Part shown: positions 45,935 to 56,398 of the stretch, piece by piece
Numbering within the stretch: the stretch's first letter is position 1
How the letters are laid out: every line of letters starts with the position of its first letter
DNA from: Solirubrobacteraceae bacterium
Lineage (GTDB): Bacteria; Actinomycetota; Thermoleophilia; Solirubrobacterales; Solirubrobacteraceae
Reading direction: 5' to 3'
NCBI GenBank assembly: GCA_049976865.1
Contig: JBMFHK010000001.1
Span: forward strand, 31,259-95,258
Length of the DNA: 64,000 bases
Made by a program: the position numbers and the translations under genes
Notes under the pieces: model-generated
Databases searched by the model: none
Seen by the model: only the letters and a program-made list of their open reading frames with translations
Told to the model about the DNA's origin: nothing

Positions 45935-47278
45935 ATGAAGGTCGCGATTGTCGGATATCCGAACGTTGGCAAATCCTCGCTGGTCAACCGGCTGACGCAG
46001 ACGCGGGAGGCGGTCGTGCACGAGCTCTCCGGCGTCACCCGCGACCGCAAAGAGGTCAGCACCGACTGGAACGGGCGGCGGTTGACGTTCATAGACACGG
46101 GTGGTGTCGATCTCATCGACAGTGACGATCTGGCCAGACAGATCCAACAGCAGTCAAAGGCGGCGCTGGCCGAGGCAGAAGTCGCGGTGCTGGTGGTGGA
46201 CGCGAAAGCCGGCCTACGTGCAGGCGACCATGACATCGCCGATCTGCTGAGGCGTGTTGCCGTTCCGGTGCTGGTGGCGGCCAACAAAATTGACACCGTG
46301 CAAGACCTGACGCTCGCCCACGAGTTCTACCGGCTCGGGCTGGGTGAGCCGATCGCCGTCTCAGCGGCCCAAGGCCTGGGAACTGGCGATCTGCTCGACC
46401 GGATCGTAGAAGTCGGTCCGCGCGTTGACGCGCAGCCAGCTGACGAAGATCAGATCCGGCTCGCGGTGATCGGGCGCCCGAACGTCGGTAAATCGTCGTT
46501 GGTCAACCGCTTTTTGGGATCGGAGCGGGTGATCGTCTCTCCGGTGGCCGGCACCACCCGGGATGCGATCGATTTGCCCATGACCTTTGAGGGCCGCGGC
46601 ATCATCCTCATTGACACCGCTGGGATGCGGCGCCAAGCCAAGGTTGATGAGTCGCTTGAGTACTACACCACGCTGCGTTCGCAGCGCGCCGCAGACCGCG
46701 CAGACGTGGCGCTGGTGATCTGCGACGCGACCGCCGGCGTGACCTCACAGGACCTCAGGGTGGCGAAGCTGGCGATGACGTCAGGGTGTGCGACCGCTCT
46801 GGTGCTAAACAAGTGGGACGTACAGGCCCAGGGCGCTGCTGCGGTGGGCCCCGACCAGCTTGAAGAGGCGCGCCTTTGGGTGGGGCGCAAGCTGCGGCTG
46901 CGCCCGCGAATCCTGACCGCCAGCGCGAAAACCGGCCGCCACGTGGAGCGCATCCTGGTTGAGGCGGTTGGTCTGGCTGACCGCAGTCAACAGCGCATCC
47001 CGACCTCCCAGCTGAACCGCTTCATAGCCGAGGTTGTCTCGCAGCGTCAGCCTCCGGCCGCCAGGGGCCGCCGCCACGGCAACCAGCGCCTGAAGCTGAT
47101 CTACATGACCCAGACCGGCGAGCGCCCACCGCGGTTCTCCATACAGGTCAACTCGCACGGGCTGGTCACCAGCGATTACGCCTACTACATCGAGAACCGG
47201 ATGCGAGAGCGCTACCGCATGGAGGGCATTCCCCTGGTGATCGACTTTGTCGAGAGAAGCGAGCGGCGCGGACGGTAA
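45935..47278 (+). CDS. der: ribosome-associated GTPase Der/EngA
   Basis: Two G domains ([14 protein letters not shown] and [14 protein letters not shown]) plus a KH-like C-terminus. Confidence 0.95.
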   Translation: MKVAIVGYPNVGKSSLVNRLTQTREAVVHELSGVTRDRKEVSTDWNGRRLTFIDTGGVDLIDSDDLARQIQQQSKAALAEAEVAVLVVDAKAGLRAGDHDIADLLRRVAVPVLVAANKIDTVQDLTLAHEFYRLGLGEPIAVSAAQGLGTGDLLDRIVEVGPRVDAQPADEDQIRLAVIGRPNVGKSSLVNRFLGSERVIVSPVAGTTRDAIDLPMTFEGRGIILIDTAGMRRQAKVDESLEYYTTLRSQRAADRADVALVICDATAGVTSQDLRVAKLAMTSGCATALVLNKWDVQAQGAAAVGPDQLEEARLWVGRKLRLRPRILTASAKTGRHVERILVEAVGLADRSQQRIPTSQLNRFIAEVVSQRQPPAARGRRHGNQRLKLIYMTQTGERPPRFSIQVNSHGLVTSDYAYYIENRMRERYRMEGIPLVIDFVERSERRGR

Positions 47279-47288
47279 GCTGGTCAGC

Positions 47289-48500
47289 ATGCCTGAAAGC
47301 GAATTCCTCTTCACCTCGGAGTCGGTTACCGAGGGACATCCGGACAAGGTTGCCGATCAGATCTCGGACGGCGTGCTTGACGCGGTCATGCGCGACGACC
47401 CGGATGGTCGCGTGGCCTGTGAGACGCTGGTCAACACCGGGCTGGTGCTGGTGTCCGGTGAGATCACCACCTCCACCTACGTTGACATCCAGGAGATCGC
47501 ACGCGACACGGTCCGCCGGATCGGCTACACCGACGCGGGATTCGGTTTCGACTACAAGACCTGTGCGGTCATCAGCACGATCGACCAGCAGTCCGCGGAC
47601 ATCGCCGCCGGTGTGGACACCGCTTACGAGGCGCGGCTCGGCGACATGGATGAGCTTGACCTTGCGGGAGCCGGCGACCAGGGCATGATGTTCGGCTACG
47701 CCAGCAACGAGACCCCCGAGCTGATGCCGCTGCCGATCTCTCTGGCACACCGTCTAAGCCGCAGACTCGCCGAGGTCCGTAAAAACGGCACGCTCCCGTA
47801 CCTGCGTCCCGACGGCAAGACCCAGGTGACCGTCCGTTACCGCGGCGGCCGTCCGGTTGAGATCGAGAAGGTGCTGATCTCAAGCCAGCACGCTGAGGGG
47901 TTCGAGTCGCAGATCAGGGCGGATCTCTGGGAACAGGTGGTGCGGCCAACGCTCCCTGACCTGTATGACCCCGTCAAGCTCGAGGCGGGTTTTCTGGTCA
48001 ATCCCACCGGCCGGTTCGTGATCGGCGGGCCAATGGGTGACTGTGGGCTGACCGGCCGCAAGATCATCGTCGACACCTATGGCGGGTTTGCCAGGCACGG
48101 CGGCGGCGCCTTCTCCGGCAAGGACCCGTCCAAGGTGGATCGTTCCGCTGCCTACGCAGCGCGTTACGTGGCCAAGAACGTGGTGGCAGCGGGCCTGGCG
48201 GATCGTGCTGAAATCCAGGTTGCCTACGCGATCGGTGTTGCGCACCCCGTCTCCCTGATGGTGGAAACCTTCGGCACTGAGAAGATCGACACGGCACGCA
48301 TCCTTGAACTGGTGCGGGAGCACTTTGATCTGCGGCCCGCAGCGTTGCGGCGTTACCTTGACCTGCACCGCCCGATCTACCAGCAGACGGCCGCATACGG
48401 GCACTTCGGCCGCGAGGAGCCGGACTTCACGTGGGAGCGGACCGACCGGGCACCGGCGCTGCGTGAGGCTGCTGGCCTGACGGCGCCGGTACTGGCGTAG
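47289..48500 (+). CDS. metK: S-adenosylmethionine synthetase
   Basis: Contains [20 protein letters not shown] and [13 protein letters not shown] placed the start at ATG 47289. Confidence 0.95.
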   Translation: MPESEFLFTSESVTEGHPDKVADQISDGVLDAVMRDDPDGRVACETLVNTGLVLVSGEITTSTYVDIQEIARDTVRRIGYTDAGFGFDYKTCAVISTIDQQSADIAAGVDTAYEARLGDMDELDLAGAGDQGMMFGYASNETPELMPLPISLAHRLSRRLAEVRKNGTLPYLRPDGKTQVTVRYRGGRPVEIEKVLISSQHAEGFESQIRADLWEQVVRPTLPDLYDPVKLEAGFLVNPTGRFVIGGPMGDCGLTGRKIIVDTYGGFARHGGGAFSGKDPSKVDRSAAYAARYVAKNVVAAGLADRAEIQVAYAIGVAHPVSLMVETFGTEKIDTARILELVREHFDLRPAALRRYLDLHRPIYQQTAAYGHFGREEPDFTWERTDRAPALREAAGLTAPVLA

Positions 48501-48518
48501 ACGGCAACCCTGACCAAC

Positions 48519-50738
48519 TTGATCGCGCGCGTCATTCCGCTCACGCAGGCGCGGGCGATCAAGGGACTGTTCGATTACACGGTGCCACCGGAGCTCGCTC
48601 CGGTGGCCGTTGGGGATCTCCTCCGCGTACCGTTCGCTGGACGCGAGCTGGTCGCGGTGGTGGCGGAGACGGCGGGACGATCCGAGCTTCCGCCGGAGCG
48701 TCTGGCTTCAGTTTTGACGAGCCTGCCTGCGAGCCTGCCGCCGGAGCTCGTCTGGCTGGCCGACTGGCTTGCCAGCGAATACTGCTCGACCCCCGCCCGT
48801 GCGCTTGGGGTGCTGCTGCCGCCCGGTGCGAGTAAGGGTCTGGCGGAACAGCGCGTGCTGACCGCCACGCTCACCGACGCCGGACGCGCAGCGTTGCAGA
48901 CAGGGCCGTCCGATCGACCACTGACGCCCGGGCAGCTTGCCGCGCTGCACCAGCTTGCGCAACACGAAGCCCTGCCCGCGGCGGAGATCGGCACGCCGTT
49001 GCTGCGCCGGCTCGAGGCTCGCGGACTGGTCGCCATCTCCTCTGAGCGCAGCGTCCGTCGTGTCGTTACTCGCTCGGTTTCATCAACTTCGGCGTCAGCG
49101 CCGCCGCTCACCGGCGAGCAAGCTGGCGCTTTGGGTCCGGTGATGGCGGCGCTTGCCCAAAGAGACGCTCATACCGAAAGCGCCGGCCCGGTGGACAGCG
49201 AAGTGTTCCTGCTGCATGGTGTCACCGGCTCAGGCAAGACCGAGATATACCTGCAGGCCGCGCAGGCAACGCTTGCGCAGGGCCGTAGCGTGATCATCCT
49301 GGTGCCGGAGATCGGTCTCACACCACAGGCGCTGAGTCGCTTCCAGTCGCGGCTGGGAGATGTTGTCGCCGTCCAGCACTCAGGCATGAGCGATCGCCTG
49401 CGCTATCAGGAGTGGCTGCGGCTCCTGCGGGGTCAGGCGCGCGTCTGTGTGGGGGCGCGATCAGCGGTGTTCGCGCCGCTTGACAACATCGGGCTGATCG
49501 TCATCGACGAGGAGCATGAGAGCTCCTACAAGCATGAGGGCGACCCACGTTATGATGCGCGCGCCGTCGCGCGTCACCGTGCGGCCACGCACGGGGCCGT
49601 GCTGCTATCAGGTAGCGCCACCCCGCGGCCGGAGAGTTTTTTCGGTATGCAGCGCCTGCGTCTGAGCCGCCGGGTCGACGGGCGAAAGCTGCCGGAGGTT
49701 CAGATTCTGGACATGCGCGGCCTGCACAACCCGCTACACCCACAGGCGCGCCTGGCGTTGGCTGACTGCCGGCGTGAAGGCGGCAAGGCGATCGTGTTGC
49801 TGAACCGCCGAGGCTGGTCGAACTTTCTGTCCTGCGGTTCATGCGGACATGTGTGGGGCTGTCCCAACTGTGATGTGTCACTGGTACTGCACCGCGCGCA
49901 GGGGCTGATCGCCTGTCATCACTGTGGCCACCGGGAGAGACTGCCCACAAGCTGCCCGGAGTGCGGTTCGGTGTCCGTCTCCCGTCACGGGGCCGGCACT
50001 GAACGCCTGGAGCATGAGCTACGTGACGCGCTGGCCGGCCCGGACTTTCCGGTCATGCGCCTGGATGCGGACACGTCCGGGGCGGATGCCCGGGCGAGCG
50101 TGCTTGAACGCTTTCACAAGGCGAACGCCGGCGTGCTGGTGGGCACACAGATGATCGCCAAAGGGCATGACTTTGCCGACGTCGCGCTCGGCGTGGTGCT
50201 TGACGCCGACCAAACGCTGCGTTTCCCGGACTTCAGGTCCGAGGAACGCACGTTTGCGTTGCTCACACAGCTTGCCGGCCGTACGGGACGTGGTGGCGGC
50301 GCCTCGCGTACCGCAAGCGTGCTGGTTCAGACCTGGACCCCGCAGGCCAGGCCCATCGTGCTGGCCGCCCGGCACGACTCCGAGACGTTTCTGCGCGGTG
50401 AGTTACGGCGCCGTAAGGCGCTGGGGTATCCGCCGTTCACAACGATGATCAGGGTCGTCTGCTCGGCGGCGGTGCCCGAGCACGCGGCTGCGGCCGCCGC
50501 GGCACTGAAGCTGGCGATCCAACCCTCCAACCAGGTTGCGGGCAGCCAGGGCGCCGGTTTCACGGTACTGGGCCCCGCCTCGCTGTTTATGCTGCGCGGT
50601 CGCGCGCGGGCGCAACTGGTGGTCAAGGCGGTGGACCGTGCGGCGGCCATTGGCGTGGTAGGACGGGCAGTTGATGATTTCAGCGGCCAGCGGGCCGGTC
50701 GTGGTGTGACGCTTGCTGTTGACGTCGATCCGCAGTGA
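48519..50738 (+). CDS. priA: primosomal protein N' (replication restart helicase)
   Basis: Walker A motif GVTGSGKTEIYL, DEEH, and Cys-rich zinc motifs (CGSCGHVWGCPNC...CHHCGH...CPECGS). Confidence 0.9.
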   Translation: MIARVIPLTQARAIKGLFDYTVPPELAPVAVGDLLRVPFAGRELVAVVAETAGRSELPPERLASVLTSLPASLPPELVWLADWLASEYCSTPARALGVLLPPGASKGLAEQRVLTATLTDAGRAALQTGPSDRPLTPGQLAALHQLAQHEALPAAEIGTPLLRRLEARGLVAISSERSVRRVVTRSVSSTSASAPPLTGEQAGALGPVMAALAQRDAHTESAGPVDSEVFLLHGVTGSGKTEIYLQAAQATLAQGRSVIILVPEIGLTPQALSRFQSRLGDVVAVQHSGMSDRLRYQEWLRLLRGQARVCVGARSAVFAPLDNIGLIVIDEEHESSYKHEGDPRYDARAVARHRAATHGAVLLSGSATPRPESFFGMQRLRLSRRVDGRKLPEVQILDMRGLHNPLHPQARLALADCRREGGKAIVLLNRRGWSNFLSCGSCGHVWGCPNCDVSLVLHRAQGLIACHHCGHRERLPTSCPECGSVSVSRHGAGTERLEHELRDALAGPDFPVMRLDADTSGADARASVLERFHKANAGVLVGTQMIAKGHDFADVALGVVLDADQTLRFPDFRSEERTFALLTQLAGRTGRGGGASRTASVLVQTWTPQARPIVLAARHDSETFLRGELRRRKALGYPPFTTMIRVVCSAAVPEHAAAAAAALKLAIQPSNQVAGSQGAGFTVLGPASLFMLRGRARAQLVVKAVDRAAAIGVVGRAVDDFSGQRAGRGVTLAVDVDPQ

Positions 50739-50772
50739 GGCGTGTGTCCGGCTGTCAAGCCGTTAACTAAAC

Positions 50773-51408
50773 TTGTTCGGGATGGCCCAGGGACTGAATC
50801 AGCGCAACGAATCAGATACCGTCGTGGCGCCGGATATCGCTCTCGACACGGCCCAGACGGAGCCTGAGCTCGACCCTGAAATTGCGGCGCGGCGTGACGC
50901 GGCGCTCGCCCACGTGCGCAAGTTCGGCGATCCGGTGCTGAAGGCTAAAGCGCGCCCGGTCGAGCGCTTCGACGCTGCGTTGGGCGAGGAGATCCGTTGG
51001 ATGGCCGCGATTATGGGCGATGGGTTTGGGATCGGCTTGGCTGCCAACCAGGTTGGGACTCTCCATCGTCTGCTTGTCTACCGGGTGCTGGGGGACGCTC
51101 CGCTGGCGGCGCTCATAAACCCGGTGATCGTCTGGTCGTCAAAGGAGTCGGAGTTTTTTGAGGAGGGTTGTCTGAGCCTCCCGCTGGTGCACGTTGATGT
51201 GGAGCGGCCGGTCGACGTTGCCGTCACCGCTCAGGATGAATACGGTTCGCCCATCACCGTTGAGGCGTCGGGGTTGGAGGCGCGGGTGATCCAACATGAG
51301 ATGGACCACCTCAACGGGATTCTGATACTTGACCGAACCACGCGCGACCAGCGTCGGGATGCCATGAAGGTTCTGCGCGAGTGGCAGGACCGGCAGCGTC
51401 CAGCGTGA
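50773..51408 (+). CDS. def: peptide deformylase (with ~45-aa N-terminal extension if the longest ORF is used)
   Basis: Contains GIGLAANQVG, EGCLSLP and QHEMDHLNG. Confidence 0.9.
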   Translation: MFGMAQGLNQRNESDTVVAPDIALDTAQTEPELDPEIAARRDAALAHVRKFGDPVLKAKARPVERFDAALGEEIRWMAAIMGDGFGIGLAANQVGTLHRLLVYRVLGDAPLAALINPVIVWSSKESEFFEEGCLSLPLVHVDVERPVDVAVTAQDEYGSPITVEASGLEARVIQHEMDHLNGILILDRTTRDQRRDAMKVLREWQDRQRPA

Positions 51409-52322
51409 GGACCGTCTTCATCGGGACCTCTGACTTCGCCGCCGCGGTGTTGCTGCGGCTGGGCAGCTCGGCGTACCGTCCCGTCCTGGTCGTGACCCGT
51501 CCGGATCGGCCACAGGGACGCGGACGCAGACTGCAGCCACCGCCGGTGCTGGCGGCAGCTGTGGCGCTCGGTCTGCAAGCCCTGCAGCCCAGTAGCGTCA
51601 ACGACCCGGACGTGTTCAGTGAGATTCGCTCACGCCGTCCACAGGCGCTGGTTGTGTGCGCATTTGGGGAAATCATCAGGGAGCCGCTGCTGTCGCTGGT
51701 GCCGGTGCTGAACGTTCACCCGTCGCTGTTGCCTCGCTGGCGGGGTGCGGCACCGATCGAACGGGCGTTACTGGCCGGTGATGAGCTGACCGGGGTTTCG
51801 ATCATGCGTCTGACAGGCGGGCTTGACAGTGGACCCGTGTGCCTGGTCGAGGCTGTTGCGATCACCGCGGAGGATGACTACGGCAGTCTCGCGGCGCGGC
51901 TTGAGCAGGTCGGGGCGGCTCTTCTGGTCCGTGCGTTGGAAGAGCAGCCGCCGTGCACCGAACAGCCCGAGCAGGGCATCAGCTACGCGGCGAAGCTCGC
52001 CGCGGCGGAGCGCCGCATCGATCCCGCTACGCCCGCTGAACAGATTGCGCGGCAGGTGCGAGCGCTCAGCCCGCACATCGGCGCCTGGGTCGAGCTGGAT
52101 GAAGTGGGGCGCATGACTCTCTGGCGTGTACGGCCGCTGGCCGGCGGTGTGGCGGCGTCGCAGAAGCCCGGCACCGTGGTGAGCGAGGGGCGGCGGCCTG
52201 TGCTGGTCTGCGGATCTGGGGCGCTTGAGCTGCTTGAGGTCCAGCCGGCTGGCAGGCGCAGGATGGACGGCTCCTCCTGGCTGTACGGGCGAGCAAAAGC
52301 TGACTCCGCCGGCGCCAGATGA
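51405..52322 (+). CDS. fmt: methionyl-tRNA formyltransferase
   Basis: Contains VFIGTSDFAA, VVTRPDRPQGRGRRLQ and HPSLLPRWRGAAPIE. The GTG start overlaps the def stop. Confidence 0.9.
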   Translation: MRTVFIGTSDFAAAVLLRLGSSAYRPVLVVTRPDRPQGRGRRLQPPPVLAAAVALGLQALQPSSVNDPDVFSEIRSRRPQALVVCAFGEIIREPLLSLVPVLNVHPSLLPRWRGAAPIERALLAGDELTGVSIMRLTGGLDSGPVCLVEAVAITAEDDYGSLAARLEQVGAALLVRALEEQPPCTEQPEQGISYAAKLAAAERRIDPATPAEQIARQVRALSPHIGAWVELDEVGRMTLWRVRPLAGGVAASQKPGTVVSEGRRPVLVCGSGALELLEVQPAGRRRMDGSSWLYGRAKADSAGAR

Positions 52323-53623
52323 GTGTCGCGCCAGCCCGAGATGTCGCTTTTGTGGTGTTGCGGCGCGTCTTTGAACAGGGCGCTTACGCTGACTTGGCGT
52401 TGCACGGAGCGGCCTCGCAACTTGGACCGCGTGACCGTGCTCTGGCGATGACGCTGGTTTACGGAACGGTGCAGCGCAGACGCACTCTGGATCATCTGGT
52501 CGCCGGTTACAGCTCAAGAGCGCCGGAGAAGCTTGAGCCGGCGGTGTTGGCGGCGCTTCGGTTGGGGGCGTTTCAGCTGCTCTTTTTGGATGGCATCAGC
52601 GACTATGCCGCCGTCAACGAGAGCGTTGAACTGGCCAAGCGGTCAAGCCGCGGCGGTGCGCAGCTGGTCAATGCGGTGCTGCGCCGGGTGGCTGGCGAGG
52701 GCGTCTCGGTGCTCAACAAGCTGGATGACCGTACGCCCGCCGACATGGCGCTCAAGCACTCGGTGCCCGACTGGCTGGCTGAGATGTGGTGGCGTGAGCT
52801 GGGTGAAGATGAGGCTCGGGCATTGCTTGCGTGCGTCAACCGTCCCGCCGAGTCGGCGGTGCGGGTAAACGACCTGCTCACCACGCTTGCGCGTGTGCAG
52901 GCCGCGCTGCCAGCGGGCAGCGCGGCACGCCCGCCCGGGCCGTGGCAGAACCAGCCCGGCCTTCCGGAGCTTGACGAAGCACTGGTGTTGAAGGGAGCGT
53001 TTGACGCGTTTGGCTCGCCGCTTTTCAAGGATGGCTGGCTGATGCCACAGTCGCGCGCATCGGCTGTGGTTGCCAAGGTGCTCGACCCGCAGCCCGGTGA
53101 ACGAGTACTTGATCTGTGTGCTGCGCCGGGCGGCAAGACAACCCACATTGCGGCGCTGACAGGCGGGCGTGGTGAGGTGGTCGCCGTGGAGGTGAACCCG
53201 GGCAGAGCCCGTCGATTGAGGCGTACCGCGGTGCAGATGGGCGCCAGCCGGGTCAAAGTCGTCGAGGCTGATGCACGTGAGTTCACGGATCGTGATGGAT
53301 TTGACCGAGTGCTGGTCGACCCGCCGTGCAGCGGCCTTGGGACCCTGCAGGCGCGGCCTGACTTGCGTTGGCAGCCGCAGCGCGGAGAGATCGGCGAGCT
53401 GGCCACCAGGCAGGTTGAGTTGCTGCGTGTTGGGGCGGGCCAGGTCCGGGCCGGCGGGACGCTTGTCTACTCGGTCTGCACGATCAGCCGTCGCGAGGGT
53501 GACGGGGTGATCGATGAGCTTCTCGCCGAGGGGGCTTTCGAGTGTGAAAGCCGCTGGCAGCTCACGCCGTCGGCGGACGGTACGGACGGCTTTTACATCG
53601 CGAAACTGCGACGGCTGCGATGA
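52319..53623 (+). CDS. rsmB: 16S rRNA (cytosine967-C5)-methyltransferase RsmB/Sun
   Basis: NusB-like N-terminus, then DLCAAPGGKTTHIA, DPPCSGLGT and LVYSVCT. Confidence 0.9.
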   Translation: MSVAPARDVAFVVLRRVFEQGAYADLALHGAASQLGPRDRALAMTLVYGTVQRRRTLDHLVAGYSSRAPEKLEPAVLAALRLGAFQLLFLDGISDYAAVNESVELAKRSSRGGAQLVNAVLRRVAGEGVSVLNKLDDRTPADMALKHSVPDWLAEMWWRELGEDEARALLACVNRPAESAVRVNDLLTTLARVQAALPAGSAARPPGPWQNQPGLPELDEALVLKGAFDAFGSPLFKDGWLMPQSRASAVVAKVLDPQPGERVLDLCAAPGGKTTHIAALTGGRGEVVAVEVNPGRARRLRRTAVQMGASRVKVVEADAREFTDRDGFDRVLVDPPCSGLGTLQARPDLRWQPQRGEIGELATRQVELLRVGAGQVRAGGTLVYSVCTISRREGDGVIDELLAEGAFECESRWQLTPSADGTDGFYIAKLRRLR

Positions 53624-53641
53624 CCGTTAGAGTTTCAAGCT

Positions 53642-53869
53642 GTGAACGAGGCGCGCACAATCCTCGGCCCGGACTGCCCCAGCTGCGGCGAGCCTTGGTT
53701 GCGTCCGAGCGCGACTCCGGGTCGTTACCACTGCCTGTTCTGCATGAGTCGCTTCGAGCTTTTGTCAGTGTGCCCCAACTGTGGGGAGCACTCGACCATT
53801 GCGCGCATGTCAACGACTGCGATCGTGCAGTGCAACCACTGTCGCGCGAGCATGCTGAGGGCGTTGTGA
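53642..53869 (+). CDS. small double zinc-ribbon protein (75 aa), unknown function
   Basis: Four CxxC pairs: CPSC, CLFC, CPNC and CNHC. Confidence 0.6.
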   Translation: MNEARTILGPDCPSCGEPWLRPSATPGRYHCLFCMSRFELLSVCPNCGEHSTIARMSTTAIVQCNHCRASMLRAL

Positions 53870-53917
53870 AGAGCGTGCCGTCATACCGCACGAACTTGAG
53901 CGCGGGAGGTGATCCAC

Positions 53918-54610
53918 GTGGGCGCTGAGCTTTCAGGAAGGCACGTGGCGCCGTCGATCCTGGCGGCTGACTTTGCACGGCTTGGCTCGCAGGTGCAGGA
54001 CGTGCTGGACGCAGGAGCCCGGATCATCCACGTTGATGTGATGGACGGGCACTTTGTGCCGCCCATCACGTTCGGCCCCAATGTCGTGGCGGCGTTGGCT
54101 GAGCGCATCCACGGCTCCGGTGCGCTGATTGACGTCCACCTGATGATCGAGCGTCCGGAACGGCAGCTGGCGACGTTCATCAGCGCTGGCGCCGACAGCA
54201 TCACGATTCATGTTGAGGCCACGCCACACGTTCATTACGCGCTGCAGGCGGTGCGGGAGGGCGGATGCAGCGCTGGCGTGGCGCTCTCTCCGGCCACGCC
54301 GGGCTCGGTGCTGGCGGACGTGGCGGCCGACGGCATGCTCGATCTGGCACTGTGTATGAGCGTCAATCCTGGCTGGGGCAACCAGACGCTGATCGGCAAC
54401 TCCTATGCCAAACTTGCGGCCATGCGTGCTGCACTGCCGGCGCTGGTCGCGCTCGAGGTTGACGGCGGAATCAACCTCGAAACCGCGAGGCGTGTGGCGC
54501 GGGCGGGTGCCAACCTGCTGGTCGCCGGCTCAGCGGTGTTCGGGGCGGCCGAGCCAGGCGCAGCCTGGCAGGAGCTCACCCGCTCCGCGTGGCCAGCGGC
54601 GCAGTCATGA
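53918..54610 (+). CDS. rpe: ribulose-phosphate 3-epimerase
   Basis: Contains VAPSILAADFARLG and HVDVMDGHFVP. The GTG at 53918 is preceded by GGGAGG; the longest ORF starts at 53909. Confidence 0.9.
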   Translation: MGAELSGRHVAPSILAADFARLGSQVQDVLDAGARIIHVDVMDGHFVPPITFGPNVVAALAERIHGSGALIDVHLMIERPERQLATFISAGADSITIHVEATPHVHYALQAVREGGCSAGVALSPATPGSVLADVAADGMLDLALCMSVNPGWGNQTLIGNSYAKLAAMRAALPALVALEVDGGINLETARRVARAGANLLVAGSAVFGAAEPGAAWQELTRSAWPAAQS

Positions 54611-54653
54611 CGGTGGGCACTGCGGTTACAGCGGCCATATCCTTCTAACCACT

Positions 54654-55793
54654 GTGCCTGTGCAAACGGAACCGGACGTTACCTTTCTGCGACGCGCCAT
54701 TGAGCTGGCCGCGCGGGGCGGCACCGCTGTGCGACCCAACCCGCAGGTGGGTGCGGTGATTGTGCGTGACGGCGAGGTGCTCGGGGAGGGGTTCCATCAC
54801 AGGGCCGGGGCGGCACACGCCGAGGTCGAGGCCATCAGGGCGGCTGGCGGGCGGGATCTGAATGGTTCGACGATGTATGTGTCGCTTGAGCCGTGCAGCC
54901 ATCATGGCCGAACACCGCCGTGCACCGACGCGATCCGTCAGGCCGGTATCAGCCGCGTTGTGGTCGCGGTGGAGGATCCGTCAGACCACGCCTCGGGTCG
55001 CGGCTTGGGGATCCTTCGCGACGATGGCATAGAGGTGGTTGTTGATGATGGTGAGCTGGCCCAGCTGGCACGGTTGCAGAACCAGCCGTTTCGTAAGCGC
55101 GCGCGCACCGGACTGCCCTGGGTGTTGTTCAAATCGGCGATGTCACTTGACGGCAAGGTGGCCACACGCAGCGGCGATTCGCGCTGGATCTCCGGCTCGC
55201 AGAGCCGGGCGCTGGTCCATCAGTGGCGTGCCACAAGCGATGCGATTGTCGTGGGGATCGGCACGGCGTTGTCCGACGACCCGCTTCTGACAGCCCGCGC
55301 CGGGGGCTCCGAGTCAGAGCAGCTGGCCGAACACCAGCCCCGCCGAGTGGTCTTTGACTCGCTGGCGAGGCTGCCGCCCACAGCAAAACTGCTTGACAGT
55401 GTTGCGCAGGCTCCGCTGACAGTGATCGTCTCGCGTGCGGCGCCACGTACGGCGACCGACGCGCTTGAAGCTCGCGGCGCGGAGGTCATCTGGGCGACCG
55501 GTGAGAACGAGCCGGCGCGTGTGCGCTCAGCGCTCAGTCAGCTTGGCTGCGCAGGCGTCAGCGCGCTGCTGCTGGAGGGCGGTCCGCACCTCGCCGGCGC
55601 GTTTCTGGAGGCTGACCAGATAGATGAGATCAGGCTGTTCATGGCGCCGATCGTGTTGGGGGGCCGGGGATCACGCGACCCACTTGAGAGCGAGGGTGTG
55701 GAGAACATCGAAAGTGCTACAAGGGCGCTCCAGTTCAGCCATACCCAGATCGGTGAGGACATTCTGCTGATTGCCCGCATGAAGGAGTGGTGA
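54654..55793 (+). CDS. ribD: bifunctional diaminohydroxyphosphoribosylaminopyrimidine deaminase / 5-amino-6-(5-phosphoribosylamino)uracil reductase
   Basis: Contains HAEVEAI and the YVSLEPCSHHGRTPPC deaminase zinc site, plus a reductase C-terminal domain. The start is approximate (GTG 54654). Confidence 0.9.
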   Translation: MPVQTEPDVTFLRRAIELAARGGTAVRPNPQVGAVIVRDGEVLGEGFHHRAGAAHAEVEAIRAAGGRDLNGSTMYVSLEPCSHHGRTPPCTDAIRQAGISRVVVAVEDPSDHASGRGLGILRDDGIEVVVDDGELAQLARLQNQPFRKRARTGLPWVLFKSAMSLDGKVATRSGDSRWISGSQSRALVHQWRATSDAIVVGIGTALSDDPLLTARAGGSESEQLAEHQPRRVVFDSLARLPPTAKLLDSVAQAPLTVIVSRAAPRTATDALEARGAEVIWATGENEPARVRSALSQLGCAGVSALLLEGGPHLAGAFLEADQIDEIRLFMAPIVLGGRGSRDPLESEGVENIESATRALQFSHTQIGEDILLIARMKEW

Positions 55794-55798
55794 GCAGC

Positions 55799-56398
55799 GT
55801 GTTCACGGGTCTGGTGGCCGATCTGGGGTCGGTGCTGGAGCTGCAGCCAAGCGCCGACGGTGTGCGTATCCGCGTGGCAAGCTCGCTGGCAGAGAGCATC
55901 ACAGTCGGCGACTCGGTCGCGGTCAACGGCGTCTGTCTGACGGCAACGGCCATCCAGGGTGACGGTTTTACAGCCGACGTCATGAATGAGACGCTGCGCC
56001 GCAGCTCACTGGCAGAAGTGAGGCCCGGAACGGCTGTCAACCTGGAGCTCGCAATGCGGTTGTCCGATCGGCTGGGCGGGCACATGGTCCAGGGGCATGT
56101 TGACGGCGTTGGCGTCGTGACCGAGGTTGTTCAGGACGGGTTCTCGCGCCGCCTGACGATCGTTCCCCGTGCGCCGGGGCTGCTGCGGTATATGGTTGAG
56201 AAGGGATCAATCACGGTAGACGGGATATCACTTACGGTTGCGGGGCTGGGCGAGGGCTCCTTTGCCGTGTCGCTGATCCCTGAAACGCTCGCGCGGACCA
56301 GTCTGGGGCGCGCGCAACCGGGAGTGACCGTCAACTTGGAGGTTGATGTGCTGGCCAAATATGTTGAGCGACTGATGTCAGAGAGGAGTGCCCGATGA
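55799..56398 (+). CDS. ribE: riboflavin synthase (alpha chain)
   Basis: [10 protein letters not shown] at the N-terminus and an internal duplicated barrel ([10 protein letters not shown]). Confidence 0.9.
   Translation: MFTGLVADLGSVLELQPSADGVRIRVASSLAESITVGDSVAVNGVCLTATAIQGDGFTADVMNETLRRSSLAEVRPGTAVNLELAMRLSDRLGGHMVQGHVDGVGVVTEVVQDGFSRRLTIVPRAPGLLRYMVEKGSITVDGISLTVAGLGEGSFAVSLIPETLARTSLGRAQPGVTVNLEVDVLAKYVERLMSERSAR

Noticed and set aside
47279-47288. Possible SAM riboswitch upstream of metK
   Set aside because: metK starts 10 nt after the der stop, so there is no leader.
54611-54653. Possible FMN riboswitch upstream of ribD
   Set aside because: The gap is about 44 nt, whereas an FMN (RFN) element needs well over 100 nt. 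Nothing RFN-like is visible.
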